Shown here: in pieces, positions 1 through 13,345 of the stretch
How the letters are laid out: every line of letters starts with the position of its first letter
Position numbering within the stretch: position 1 is the first letter of the stretch
Source of the DNA: Octopus sinensis
Taxonomy: Eukaryota
Direction of reading: 5' to 3'
Assembly (NCBI RefSeq): GCF_006345805.1
Contig: NC_042998.1
Location: 79,856,001 to 79,920,000, forward strand
Length of the DNA stretch: 64,000 bases
Notes under the pieces: model-generated
What the model saw: only the letters and a program-made list of their open reading frames with translations
Told to the model about the DNA's origin: nothing
Database searches by the model: none
Translations under genes and position numbers: made by a program

Positions 1-1099
1 CATACTGAACAGTAAACTTAGGGAGTTCCTCCTTCACCATCACAGCCTCCTCTTCATCAGCATCATTGTCATTTTAATGCCCATTTTAACATGCTTGCAT
101 GGGTCAGATGGAATTTGTTGAGGCAGATTTTCTACATCATGATGCCCTTTCTGTTACCAACTCTCACTTCTTTCCAAGCATAGTAATATTTCCTCATGAG
201 AAGATACTGTTTCTATGAAAGATTGGAAATGAATGACTCTGTTTGTGTGACGGTGATACTCGTTTGCAATTTTTATGCAAGGTAAAGATGAGGAACAACA
301 CACATACTTTCATACATACACACCACACACAAATTCACACACACTCACACACATACACACACACAGTGTATCAACATAAACTTTTGTTTTTGCCATTTGC
401 TTTCAAATGTTCTTGGGTCTGAATGCAGTAATTTCTAGCAAAAACTAGATGCCTGTAACTAAATACATTTATTCTACATTAATGAAGATAAATATATTTT
501 TTTCTACATTACTGATATATTGCACTATGTCAAGATCAAAGTTTGCCAACAACTTTAAAACTTCCTTCAAATTCTTTTAAATTTATGGAATGAAGAATTC
601 TGTGGAGAGCATCGTGTAATTTTTTATTTTTCTGATGCAATGTGTGGTTGAAGCTCTATGTTAATGATTCCATTATTTTTCTAAATGATTTATTTGCTTT
701 CTTTTATTAATACAGCACTGTCGGCTCTCTTTCTTTTACATTTTCATAGGCAGGTCCTTCCCTTGAGGGCTTGTGGGTGCTAGTGTCACATAAAAAGAAC
801 TTGTGCCAGAGCCACATAAAAGCAGCCATGCTGGAGCAACACAAAAAGCACCTAGTATACTCTATGAAGTTGTTGGTGATAGAAAGGGCATCCAGCCATA
901 GAAACCATGCCAAAATAAACAATTGGAACATGGGCAGCTCCCCAGCTGGCCAGTTCCTGTCAAACCATCCAACCCAGCATGAAAAATAGACATTAAACGA
1001 CACTGATGCTAAACTTTTCTGGTGCTTTCTGGCATTTCGTGAAAGTATTAAATAATGGAAGCAAAAATTGCTTTCTTCTCTAAAGAATAAACTAGCAAT

Positions 1100-1990
1100 G
1101 AGTGTTTGGTATTTTGATGAAAAGTACGTTGTGTAAAGAAATGTTAATTACTTTAAATCTTGTTACAGATACAAATGGTTTTATATCTCTAAATCTTTTT
1201 ATATTGCTGCTGTGAAATCATGCTTTGGAAAAAAAAATAGTATAACCTTGAATAATATTGTTGAATGAATTCCTGATGGTGTCCCATTTGTAATACATGC
1301 AGCATAAGAAGGAAGTGCCAAATGTTTTATGTATTCACTGTGTGGTGCAGCAGCAACATCTTGTTAGAAAACATTTAAGCACAAGTCTTCATTTATTAAG
1401 TGTAATAATTAGGGTTATAAAAATAAGATCAAATCAAATGCCAAAAATGATAGTGTTTCAACAGCTGGGCCAGGACAATAATGGGCAATTCATTAAGTGA
1501 CTGTTACATACAGAAATTTGTTGACTTTCAAAGGGCGAATACTTGATTCATTTTGTACAATCATGTGAGTGTCGCACTGTCTTAGGAAAGAAAATGAGGT
1601 CAATCTCTGTCATTAGTTAAAATAAAATGTGACGCATTTTATTTGGCAAGCATTTTAAAGAAATGTAATCAAGTTAATTTGCAGCTTCACAGATCTAATT
1701 TATCCAATGCAAAAATATTAATTTTTGTATTTATGGCAAAACTATATCTTTTCTGTCATAATTTTTATGGATGGGAGAATTTCGTTAGTTTAAAGAACTG
1801 CCATCAGGGAAGTTTGAAAGGTTAGTCGTTACATCAGTGATCTTAAAATGGATATGGAAAATGATATAATCATATTTTGAACTCGAAGGTACATTACTGG
1901 ATTGTGAATTCTTTTATTGTAAATGCTAATCAAGTTGGTGTAACATGTCAAGAAAACTATTATAACAAAAATATGGAAAAGGGGCAGATA
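1100..1990 (+). mobile_element. Degenerate hAT (Buster/Charlie, SCAND3/ZBED8-like) transposase remnant
   Basis: Broken translations PDGVP, KKEVPNVLCIHCV, LLHTEIC*LSKG and NQVNLQL match this family's DGA, IHC, LLHTEVRWLSKG and NLQLQG motifs. Confidence 0.75.
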
Positions 1991-2009
1991 CAATTTCAGT
2001 AGGGATAGC

Positions 2010-2990
2010 TATTTAAAACTCCTTCAGATAACAAAAAATTAATAAGTTCCTTTACACTATAGATCTTTCCTACAATCTGATCAGGACATAATGCATCAAT
2101 GGCTGTTGACAAGCATACCACTATGTATTTTGGGAGGAAAACTCTTGAATTTACCCTCCACAACAACAACTTTAAGAAGTCTCCTGGTGAATGTGGTATT
2201 ATTGTCTGAAATGATCTGTATTGGACAAGCCATATTTCTAAAATCATTAGAAAGGCTGAAGGTGTCTTAGCATTACTCAGTAAGAACTTTGTCAGCTTCT
2301 TACCAATTATCTGTATAAAGCTGTATGTGGCTATTGTATGCTTTTGGTTTCAGTTTGCATCACTTATCTGGAGCCCCCATCTTGTTCAGAATGTTGATAT
2401 ACTGGAAGTTGTTCAAAGATATGCAACCAGATGAATACCTCTTGTCTGTTGCTACTGTATCTTGAACATCTTGCTTCTCTGAACATCACCACACTAAAAT
2501 TTCTATGTCTAATAGTAAACATGGTAGAAGGACACAAGATTATCTACAATCTTTCCAACAACAAATTTAGTCACCTATTGGAATTCAGTATCTCTGCCAC
2601 CCATAGACATGCTTATAGAATAAAAAAAAAATAAATAACAGCTATTACTTTCAGAAACTTTTGTCAAGCTCAGAATTGTCCAACTATGGAATATACTCTC
2701 TGTGACTGTTGTTATCTCTCACAACACTGCATCCTTCAAAAATTCCAAATTTGCCAGCACTTCACCTGACATGCTTATGCACTCTTTCCTCTTTATGACT
2801 CTTTTACCATTCGTGTTTTTGTCTTTTTCTCTTTTATCTTGTGTTCTATGCATACACTTTTGGCTATCATGGCTGTTTTTCTTTACTTGACTTATTTCAT
2901 CTTTCTGTTTCCTCTTTTATTTTTCTTTGACAAATTGCAATGCACCTGAGACTATACAATAAGCTCATTATTATTATTGTTACTCCTGTT
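2010..2990 (+). mobile_element. Old 5'-truncated CR1-clade LINE (RT C-terminus plus 3' UTR)
   Basis: Broken translation includes IWSPHLVQNVDILEVVQRYATR; 3' end tgcacctgagactatacaata followed by (TTA)n. Confidence 0.75.
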
Positions 2991-3029
2991 AGTGTTGTTG
3001 TTCCTGCTGATGCTGTTGCTGTTGTTTTT

Positions 3030-4200
3030 AAGGTAGCAAACTGGCAGAATTGTTAGCATGCCAGACAAAATGCTTAGTGACATTTCATCTGTCTTTACAT
3101 TCTGAATTCACATTCTACCAAGGTTGATTTTTGCCTTTCATCCTTTCGAAGTTGATACAAAAAAAAAGGTACCATTTGAACATTGGGGTCAATGTAATAA
3201 ACTTACTGCCTCCCTTGAAATTGCTGGCTTTGTACCAAAATTTGAAACCAATATTATTATTATTATTATTATTGTTAGCATGTCAGGCAAACTGCTTAGC
3301 GGCTTTTTGTTTGTCCTTAAGTTCTCAGTTCAAATTCCACAGAGGTTGACTTAGCCTTTCATCCTTTCAGGGTCGATAAATTAAGTCCCTGTTGTGTACC
3401 GGGTTGAGCTAATCAACTGGCCACTTCCCCCAAAATTTCAGGCCTTGTGCCTATAGTAGAAAGGATTATTATTATTATTATTATCGTTAAAGCAGCGAGC
3501 TGGCAGAATTGTTAGCATGCCAGGGGAAATGCTTAGCGGCATTTCATCTGCCGCTATGTTCTGAGTTCAAGGTCAACTTTGCTTTTCATCCTTTCAAGGT
3601 CAATAAATTAAGTACCAGTGATATAATTGACTAGTCCCCTTCCCACTGAATTTCTGGCCTTGTGTAGAAAGGATTATTATTATGATTATTATTATTATTA
3701 TTATTATAATTTTTATTATTATTGATGAAGTGGCCAGCTGGCAGAATTGTTAGCATGCCAGGTGAAATGCTAAGCAGTATCTTGTCCATCTTCATGTTCT
3801 GAGCTCAAATTCTGCTGAGGTCAACTTTGCCTTTCATCCTTTTGGGGTAGATGAATAAAGTACCAGTGAAATACTGGGGTCGATGTAATCGATTAGTCTC
3901 CTTCCCCCCAAATTTCAGGCCTTGTGCCTATAGTAGAAAGGATTATAATGATTGTTAAGGCAACAAGCTGGCAGAATTGTTAGCACACTAGGCAGAATTG
4001 TTAGCACACTAGGCAAAATGCTTAGCAGTATTTTGTCTGTTGCTATCTGAGTTCAAATTCTTCCATGGTCGACTTTGCCTTTCATCCTTTTGGAGTCAAT
4101 AAATTAAGTACCTGTTGAGTACTGGGATCAGTGTAATTGACTATCTCCCTCCCCCAAATTTCAGAGCTTGTGCCTGTAATTGAAAGGATTATTATTATTG
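3030..4200 (+). mobile_element. Five head-to-tail copies of tRNA-derived SINE family A
   Basis: Repeated heads gctggcagaattgttagca and B-box-like gagttcaaattc at about 3032, 3273, 3488, 3728 and 3956, each ending in an (ATT)n tail. Confidence 0.85.
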
Positions 4201-4961
4201 TTGTTGTACATTTTACTTCTCAGAGCTCTTGATTTCACTTACTCTGGCTAATTCTGTAAGAGTGGACAGCAACCTGTTGCTAAGGGTTTCACAGGGTCTT
4301 TATTATTGTCATTATCACTATCATTTATTTATTTTATTATTATTGCATTATATCCAAAGTATGTGGTTAAGAAAGTACTGCTAACTTTCTCAACCACATA
4401 TCTTGGTGAATCAAGCTTTAATGCTGTAAATATTATCGATACTAAACAAATAAGGTGTCTGAAAATCACTGAAAGAGGGGACATTTATTTATTTCTTACA
4501 AAAATTGAATCCAACATATAAAATTTAGTTTCTCTCATCAGGCACCAAAATTTCATTGGATAAAAAGTAATGTCAATAAATTTAGTAATTTTTGGTTTGA
4601 GTCAGATGTGGCTTATAGGCACAGGCATGCTGTATGGTAAGAAGTCTTCTTCCCAATTATATGGTTCCAGGTTCAGTATTACTGTGTAGTAGCTTGGGCA
4701 AGTGTCTTCTGTTATAGCTTCAGACCAACTAAAGTCTTGTGAGTGGATTTGGTAGATGGAAACTGAAAGCAGCCATCATCATTATCATTATCATCATTTA
4801 ATGTCTGTCTTCCATATTGGCATGGATTAGATGGTTTGACAGGAGCTGGGGACTGTGCCAATCTCCACTATATGCTTTTGCATGGTTCTTACAACTGGAT
4901 GCTGTTCCTAATGCCAACCACTTTAGTGAGTGAACTGAGTGCTTTTTTATAAATAAAATAA

Positions 4962-5527
4962 AAATAATAATGAGATTATTGTAACAGTGCTCAGGTGCAC
5001 CACAACTTGTTAGAAAGTGCATATAAAGTACATGCAGTAATGTAGAAATGTCTGGAAAGTGAACAGTGTATGAGTCAGATACATGCTTGTGTGTGTATGG
5101 AGGGGAGAAAATCAAGTGTAGTGTTGGCGAATCTCAGGAAGCATGGAAGTTTTGAAGGATGCAGTGCTCCGACAACTAACAACCGATGCCGGCAGTTTGT
5201 TCCATGCTTCAGCAACTCTCAGCGTGAAAAAATGTTTCCTGAAGTCATGGGAGCTGTGCTGTTTTCTTACTTTGTAAATGTCCACGGCTGTTAGATGGGT
5301 GGAGTTTGAAGAGGTGCTCATAGTTATTGTTTGTGCGATGGTTGATAATTTTATGGGTGTCTGCCAAGTCAGCTGCCAGACGTCGGAGTTTCAATGTGTC
5401 CATGCCCAGGGAAGTAAGGCGTTCAGGATATGGCAAATGCCTGATGGAGGGTATTCTTTTGGTTGCACGTCGCTGAATGGCTTCCAGACGATTGATGTCC
5501 TGGGTATGTGGTACCAGCACCAACAAA
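4962..5527 (-). mobile_element. Young CR1-clade LINE 3' fragment (copy 1)
   Basis: ORF-track peptide DINRLEAIQRRATKRIP...ERLTSLGMDTLKLRRLAADL, then FFTLRVAEAWNKLP; near-identical to the copies at 29.3 and 40.2 kb. Confidence 0.9.
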
Positions 5528-6139
5528 GTCTAAATTGACATGGTTTTATGGCTGTATACCCTTTCTAATACCAATCACTTTACAGAGTGGACTGGATGCT
5601 TTTTATGTAGTACCAATTACCAGTGAGGTCACCACATAATTTGCAAGACAAAGATCCCTCAACTGAGAGGAGGTGGCTTTATGCAGGTGGTGAAAGGTTA
5701 AACTATGACAGAGGGACAGAAACAAGTGTCTTGCAGTAGATTAGATACATGGTTACTCCAGTCAGAGGAAGAGAGAGAATGAGAGAGAGTGAGAGAGAGA
5801 TGGTGGTGATATGCCTAGGTACACTCTCTATGTGCAAGGATATGAATATAAATGGAATAGTAGAGGGTTGCTCAGTGTGTGTGAGTAGGGGGTTCACAAA
5901 GTTGCAAAAGAGGAGAAAAGTGGAGAATCTAGCGAATGATGAAACAGGGGTATATAAAGGAGCTAGAGGATAGCAATGATACAGTCAACAGAGAGAGAAC
6001 AGGAAAGAGAGATGACAGAACAGATAGAACTCCAGCAGTGGTGAGGAGAGAAATGCATAGTGCATGAAGAAGAGATGTAGCTTGGTTTATTGCAATAAGG
6101 TGTGTGAATTAATGTAACACTTAGGTAGAATACACGGCG

Positions 6140-6285
6140 CTTCCAGAACTCAGTTTCAGTGAGATGGATGGGCCTTCTCAAGGACCCCATATCTCTGTCT
6201 GTTGTCATCTCCTCCATGAGATCGGCCTTCAATACTTCATTCCATGTTTTGCTGGGTCTCTCTCTTCCACAGATGCTATCCACTC
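6140..6285 (-). mobile_element. RTE LINE ORF-end remnant
   Basis: Peptide RPSKTWNEVLKADL...DRD resembles the RTE C-terminus (RPRKTW...DRD). Confidence 0.6.
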
Positions 6286-6510
6286 TAAGCGATGTGTGTG
6301 TATGTGTGAGTGTAAATGTTGTGTGTGAGTGTAAATGTGTGTGTACATGCACATGTGCATGCATGTATGCCTGTTGTTGAGAAAGAAATATGAGAGAGAG
6401 AGAATGTGGCTGTTGTTACCTTAGTAACTAACAAGATTTGTTTAAAATGCAGGTATTTTAAGTGAAAGTTTGTCAACACAATGCAACATGGATTTCAAAA
6501 AATAACTATT

Positions 6511-6550
<40 letters not shown>

Positions 6551-7711
6551 GCATAAAGTTATTTTTTGGGTTGGTTGAGTATGTATTTCTGTGTATGTAT
6601 GTGTGTGTTTTTGTATGTCTTTAAACATTCAGACAAAGCAGCACAGACTTGAAAAAAAAGACTTTCACTATAATGACAGGTTGTTGTTGTTGAGAGAGAG
6701 AGAGAGAATTAAAATTTGTGTCAAAAAGGGAAAAAATAAAGGTTGCTGTTGTGCTTATCAATGTGATCATTATATTATCCTTCTACTGAAGGATCTATTT
6801 TATCTTGACTAGGTTGTTACCTGGCAGCATGGTGACAGGTAACAACTAGTATACATTAATTATGGGTGTCATCATTGCAACCATAATCTGTATTAACAAG
6901 AACTGAGTAGCCAGCAGAGATATGTCGCAATGTTTCTTTGAATTATCCACCTCATGCTTGATATATTTGAATTAAATCTTTCTGAGAATGACTTACGAGA
7001 AATATTGGGTGTAGAGATACTAACCATATCTTGCAGTTAATAACACTCTGTTTTCGATATTCAGATGCTGTTTGCTGACCAAAAACTAGTCAATTGTTTT
7101 TATATTTTTCTTATGCTTTTTATTTTCTGATTTATATTATATCTAAACTTGGTTCCAGCTGACTATTTTTAACAGATTGGTAGAAAAATTTTGCATGAAA
7201 AAATTAATATATTTTTTTCTGTATGATTATTTTGTGTGTTAAGTTTTAGGGTGTATTAGTATATTAATTTTAGATCCATTTTCATTTATACAAGTATGAG
7301 CATAAGAGAATGAGTATTTATAGATATTAACATTTTTATATAATGCATTTAGTCACGGGCTGTTACATCTAGCTCTTAATGATTTTGTGCATCCATGCGT
7401 GTTACTGAGTGAACTCTATAAAGGCACTGTAATGAAGTTAGTCTATTAACTTTGGAAGTGAGCTGAGATATATATGGATCACCTGATTATGGCTTTATAC
7501 TGAACAGCTGCCAACATCTATATTTCAGATCCAGCCATCAAGTGACTATGTTGTAGAAACAGCTCTGCTGTCTTCTTTTACTCAAGTGTGGTCAGGCATG
7601 ATTTCTCTGTAAATGTTCTGGCAAATGACTTGATATAAGGGATGCTAAAATCACCATCATCATCATCATCATCATCATCAACCCTTGGACATTACTAATT
7701 TGAGTTTTAAG

Positions 7712-8124
7712 CAGGGCTGGATTAAAACCCGTCATGGCCTTAAAAGATTTTGGTGCTCCCATAAAAGATAATGTAATTCAAAATATAAAAAATAACAAAC
7801 CATAAAATAAATTTTTATTTTTCAAAACGATATAAAACAATAAGAAGGAAAATAATGTTTATTTTTGTATACTTCCACTTATATTTGAAAAGTTTCCTCC
7901 TACTTTTTTGAATTGCAAAGTTTTTGCTCAGATCCTCAAAATTAATTTTAGGTAACACATCAGCATCTATACTTAATAGAGATAAAGGCATCCTGAATAT
8001 TATTTTAGCAAGTTTAAAGTGATTTCTTTTGTGCTGTAAACTATTCACCATTTCTGTGGTGTCCCCTCCTTCCCTTGATGCCCTAAGCAAGTGCTTATTT
8101 TGCTTAATGATTAAACCAGCACTA
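7712..8124 (-). mobile_element. Non-autonomous hAT element retaining the transposase C-terminus
   Basis: TIRs cagggctggattaa / ttaaaccagcacta; 8-bp TSD gttttaag/gttttagg; peptide LSLLSIDADVLPKINFEDLSKNFAIQKSRRKLF. Confidence 0.8.
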
Positions 8125-8629
8125 GTTTTAGGACTCAAAAGGCCAATTACCTGGTTTCCATGGTATATTAGTGACTGAGATCACAACTTTCTCCCTGAAC
8201 AGGATGCCAGTCCATTGCAAGATTACCCATTTACTGTTAAATGAACTGGAGCAATGTTAAATGAAGCATTAAGCTCAAGAACACAAAACATTACTCGGTC
8301 CAAGAATCAAAACCTTGATCTTGCAATTGTGAGTACAACACTCTAACCACCAGGCCATATGCCTTCATCCAAGGTTAGCAAAACTGAAGTAAAGTTTCAT
8401 TCTCTCCAAACAAGTATTGCTTACTTTGAGGGTTTTTCAAGGTGGAAGACATTGTCGGAAACTGGAAGCCTGCTTATAATAGTGACATGCCCTTTACCAT
8501 AGTTGGTTGCCATTGGCAGAGTATGTTTGGTGTCAGTTTATTGAAAATAGTTGATTTAAAACAGCTGCTTGGAAAAACAAATGATTGAGATAGCACTCAC
8601 TTAAATCAACAATTTGATCAAATTATAAC

Positions 8630-8876
8630 AAAACTGTGGCCATGCTGGAGCACCACTGTTGGTCAAACAGATCAACCACAGGATTTATTCTTTATAAGCC
8701 TAGTACTTATTCTATCAGTGTCTTTTGCCGACCCACTAAGTTATGGGAATGTAAACACAACAACATCAGTTGTCAAGCAATGATGGGGGTACAAACACAG
8801 ACACACACACATAAATATACACATATATACGACAGTCTTCTTTTAGTTTCCGTGTATGAAATCTACTCACAAAGCT
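8630..8876 (-). mobile_element. SINE family B fragment, truncated at the fold-back
   Basis: Matches the full copy at 31706-32122 (ggccatgctggagcacc...aaatctactcacaaagc). Confidence 0.8.
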
Positions 8877-9552
8877 TATATACGCAATCAGTCGAATTCC
8901 TCTGCCCGCATGGTATTGATTTTCATAGATGGATTCGATTGGCCTATAGTTTTAAATTTGAATTACAATGGAAATTTTACGGTTAGTTAGCTAGGAAACA
9001 TACACATGCGCACGCACAATCCCAAATCGTGCGCACATACATACATAGTTATATGTATACACACACACACACACCCACACACATACACACAGACATACCC
9101 ACATACACAACCAAATCATAAATAAATAATATAAGAGGTACTATCGCAACTATACACATGCAAAACAGAGGAACTCAACCGATTGCACATACATGCATGC
9201 AGACATCCACCCGCCCCGGACGGCACCATGGCCGTGGTGATGTCTGCATGCATGTATGTGCAATCGGTTGAGTTCCTCTGTTTTGCATGTGTATAGTTGC
9301 GATAGTACCTCTTATATTTTTTATTTATTTATTTATGATTTGGTTGTGTATGTGGGTATATCTGTGTATGTGTGTGGGTGTGTGTGTGTGTGTATACATA
9401 TAACTATGTATGTATGTGCGTGTGTGTATGTTTCCTAGCTAACTAACCGTAAAATTTCCATTGTAATTCAAATTTAAAACTATAGGCCAATCGAATCCAT
9501 CTATGAAAATCAATACCATGCAGGCAGAGGAATTTGACTGGTTGTGTATATA
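8877..9552. repeat. Fold-back inverted repeat, ~320-bp arms, 31-nt GC-rich spacer
   Basis: 8877-9207 is the reverse complement of 9239-9552, apart from a few substitutions and indels. Confidence 0.95.
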
Positions 9553-9799
9553 TGTGGATGTCCGCTGGCATTAGATAGTACAGTCATGGTGTTATTAATA
9601 TTAATATTAATTTTATTGACTTTTTGTGTAATGACACATTTTAATATATTGGACTGTTCAATATATATGCCTGCTTTGAGTGTGAGTGTACATGTTGTGG
9701 TTCCTTGATGTTGGTTATGGAACTGTGGAGTTCAATATGGAACATTATTGTGTTTGTTGATGTATATTGATCTATATTGTTTATATTGTATTATTGTGT

Positions 9800-10130
9800 A
9801 TATATATATATGTAAGAATATAAGTGTGTATGCACACATATTTATATTTATATGTAAATTTTTTTCATACTTGCATTAAATTCTCTGAAGAGGCCATGAG
9901 ATATTCTTGTTAATGTCTCATTTATACCTGCTTTATATGGCTAATAGGTTAAATGGGACATACCTGTCTTCACGGCCGTAACAGCTGTCAGCTACAATGT
10001 AAATGTATTTCTATTTCTATTTCTATGATTGTTATATTTGTACTATATTAATGTATATATCATTGCTATTGTGTAATGGTTTAATAAAGTATTGATTGGG
10101 TATTATCAGATGGTTGATGATTGATTTAGA
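9800..10130 (+). mobile_element. Penelope-like terminal-repeat remnant with a hammerhead ribozyme relic
   Basis: CTGAAGA 9885-9891; stem GGCCATGAG/TTCACGGCC; GTAAC-AGCT-GTC 9978-9989 (GAAAC mutated). Confidence 0.6.
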
Positions 10131-10619
10131 TATATTTCTCCATTTTCTAATTTTGTATTATTAATTTACGGTAAAAATAATTTTACCTTTGCCCACATAA
10201 TACAGTAGATGAATTAATTGCATCGCAATTTTTAACATTTATGTATTAGCTTTGTTGGGTACTTCTCTAGCAGTATATTGGATATATGTTATCCCATGGA
10301 GGGTTGAATTTACAACCCCTATCTCATTTTATAGACATATACATACATATATATACATACATATATGTATATACATACATATATATATACATGTATATAT
10401 ATATATATATATATATTATTCTTTTACTCTGTTACTTGTTTCAGTCATTTGAGTGTGGCCATGCTGGAGTTCGGCATTTTAGTTATATATAAATAGATGT
10501 GTGTATTTTTCTCTTGATAACAATTAACACGGAAAATAATATCAGTGATATCTTCGAAACATGTGTCGGAAGTAAAAGAATTTGAATTACACCTGCATTC
10601 AACTCCATTTATATATATA

Positions 10620-11532
10620 TATACATACACACATATGTGGAAATCTGTAGGTGTGTTTGTTTGTGGATTTGTTATCTAACTCCTCCTACATCGTTTTATC
10701 GATTTTGATGAAACTTATTATGTGAGTAAAACTCATGTCTGGATAATTAGTGACATACCTAAATTGTTGAAAAAATCGATAATAGGGCCCCTGGAATGGA
10801 TTCTTATATCTACTACATATAACTAATAATTTATTTTTAAACATCCAAGGGAAATAACCCATTTACTCCTGAAAGAGATCCTTATATATAGTCAAGGGAA
10901 GTAACCCATTCATGTTCTTAAATTATTTTGTATAACTCAAATTGAGTATGCTTGTTTCTTAGTATTTGAACTATTTGAATTATTTTCGCCATTTATCCAG
11001 TACAACCTTTAAACAAGTAAATAGTACTTTCCTAAACAATACATTCATTTATTTCGGTTAGTGACTTATTCATGAATATACCAACACTAGCGCCACTGAG
11101 GGTAATATTCTCTGTGAACGCACAAAAGCTCTTTTCAGAGTTATTTACTTTGAATTGTTATTATCTCATAACTGATTATTCTGTTATTACAAAACATGCT
11201 TCACGATATTAGTATACATAACTTATTAGTATTTCCTCCTAAGTTCTATATATATGGGAACATATTAAAGCCCTTTTCAGGGCTACTTTATTTGAATTCT
11301 TACTATCAGTTATATATATATAACTGACTTCACAATTTGGGTATTCATAACTTATTCGGAATTCCTAAAAACAAGATCCTGTGTAAGGCAGTTCGGTATT
11401 CTCAATAAATGCACAAAAAACATTTTAAGGGCTACATACTTTGTATTATTCTTACTGGATTAGCAAAACAATTATGAGAACTGAACCAAGGGATAAACCC
11501 CGCTTTCCCAGGAATTACTGGGTACGTAAGCT

Positions 11533-11535
<3 letters not shown>
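10620..11535 (+). mobile_element. Helitron-like non-autonomous element (old)
   Basis: 3' hairpin cccag-gaatta-ctggg followed by gctact (CTRR-like); 5' end unclear. Confidence 0.45.
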
Positions 11536-11578
<43 letters not shown>

Positions 11579-11629
11579 TATATATGTCTTAACATGTCTT
11601 CCATGTCTTAACAGTTTTTATTATTTTAT

Positions 11630-12350
11630 ATCATCATCATCATCATCATCATCATCGTTTAACGTCTTTCCATGCTAGCATGGGTTGGACGGTTCAACTG
11701 GGGTCTGGGGAGCCCGAAGGCTGCACCAGGCCAGTCAGATCTGGCAGTGTTTCTACAGCTGGATGCCCTTCCTAACGCCAACCACTCCGAGAGTGTAGTG
11801 GGTGATTTTATGTGCCACCGACACAGGTGCCAGACGAGGCTGGCGAACGGCCACGCTCGGATGGTGTTTTTTATGTGCCACTGACACAGGTGCCAGACGA
11901 GGCTGGCAGACGGCCACGCTCGGATGGTGTTTTTTATGTGCCACCGACACAGGTGCCAGACGAGGCTGGCGAACGGCCACGATCGGATGGTGTTTGTTAC
12001 GTGCCCACAGCACGGAGGCCAGTCGATGAGGTACTGGCTACGGCCACGTTCGGATGGTTTTCTTGTGTGCCACCGGCACTGGTACTACAAAGATACAAAT
12101 TCCATTGATGTTCATCTATTTTGATTTGGTTTGATTTTCACTTGCCTCAACAGGTCTTCACAAGTGTCACAAGTAGGAAGGTATGCACAGGTGGACTGAC
12201 TACGTCCCAGGTAGGGGCCACGGGTTATGGCCTCACTAGTCTTGCCGGGTCTTCTCACGCACAGCATACTTCCATAGGTCTCGGTCTCTAGTCATTTTCT
12301 TGGTGTGACCTAAAGTTCGAAGGTCGTGCTATATTTTATATACATATTTT
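11630..12350 (-). mobile_element. 5'-truncated RTE LINE (ORF end plus 3' UTR with 61-bp tandem repeats)
   Basis: Minus strand encodes HDLRTLGHTKKMTRDRDLWKYAVREKTRQD*; (GAT)n tail; 3' UTR shared with 27117-27935. Confidence 0.9.
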
Positions 12351-12379
12351 TTGTATATTTTTTCATTTTTGTCGTTTTT

Positions 12380-12600
12380 CAATTGTGTGATTGTATACGC
12401 ATGTGAGCATATCTATAAGTATATACTAAATGTGTATGTATGTACATGCGTATATATATGTATACATGTGTATATATTATATGAGTGTATGACTGTATCT
12501 GGTGTATAAGGGTGACTGCCATGCACATGTCTCCTTCCTCTATGTGTATATCTATATACATACACTTGTATATCTGCTGTTGTGTGTTGATTGATACGAG

Positions 12601-12643
<43 letters not shown>

Positions 12644-12709
12644 CATATATATATATGAGTGTGTGTGTGTGTATATATATATGTATATATATATATATGT
12701 ACAGATGAT

Positions 12710-12752
<43 letters not shown>

Positions 12753-12947
12753 CTTTACCCCTATATATATATATATATGTGTGTGTACCTCTATACATAT
12801 GTACATATATGTATATTCATTTACGCGGTGAGTACGAACATATGCCTGTGCGAGTGTGTATATGTATATGTTTTTGTTATGTATGAGTATTTTATTTGTA
12901 TAAATATTTAATATAATATATATATTATATATATATATATATATATA

Positions 12948-12991
<44 letters not shown>

Positions 12992-13185
12992 ATATATGTA
13001 GGCATATATCTATGTGAGGATGAAGTTGCATATTCATACATACGTATGTGTGTGTATGATTATGATCTATATATATATGTGCTTATACATGTATATGCAT
13101 ACGCGTATTTGTGTGTAGAGATGTGTATATGAGCATGTAATAATGTATGGGCATATATATATATATATAATATATATATATATAC
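12380..13185. repeat. (TA)n/(TG)n low-complexity microsatellite tract
   Basis: Seen directly; source of the YIYI-type ORFs. Confidence 0.95.
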
Positions 13186-13186
13186 T

Positions 13187-13345
13187 CACGCAGTGGCTGG
13201 CGTTAGGAAGGGCATCCAGCCGTAGAAACACTGCCAGATCAGACTGGGCCTGATGCAGCCTTCTGGCTTCACAGACCCCAGTTGAACCGTCCAACCCATG
13301 CTAGCATGGAAAGCGGACGCTAAATGATGATGATGATGATGATGA
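13187..13345 (+). mobile_element. RTE 3' UTR terminal fragment
   Basis: aggaagggcatccagccgtagaaac...ggacgctaaa(tga)n. Confidence 0.85.

Noticed and set aside
6808-6850. Small hairpin or micro-exon gttgttacctg...caggtaacaac
   Set aside because: Only an 11-bp stem; the splice-like signals follow from the palindrome and no neighbouring exons support it.
11805-12085. Regularly spaced palindromic repeats resembling a CRISPR array (also 27470-27770)
   Set aside because: Whole units are similar with no unique spacers, no cas genes are present, the context is eukaryotic, and the array is part of the RTE 3' UTR.
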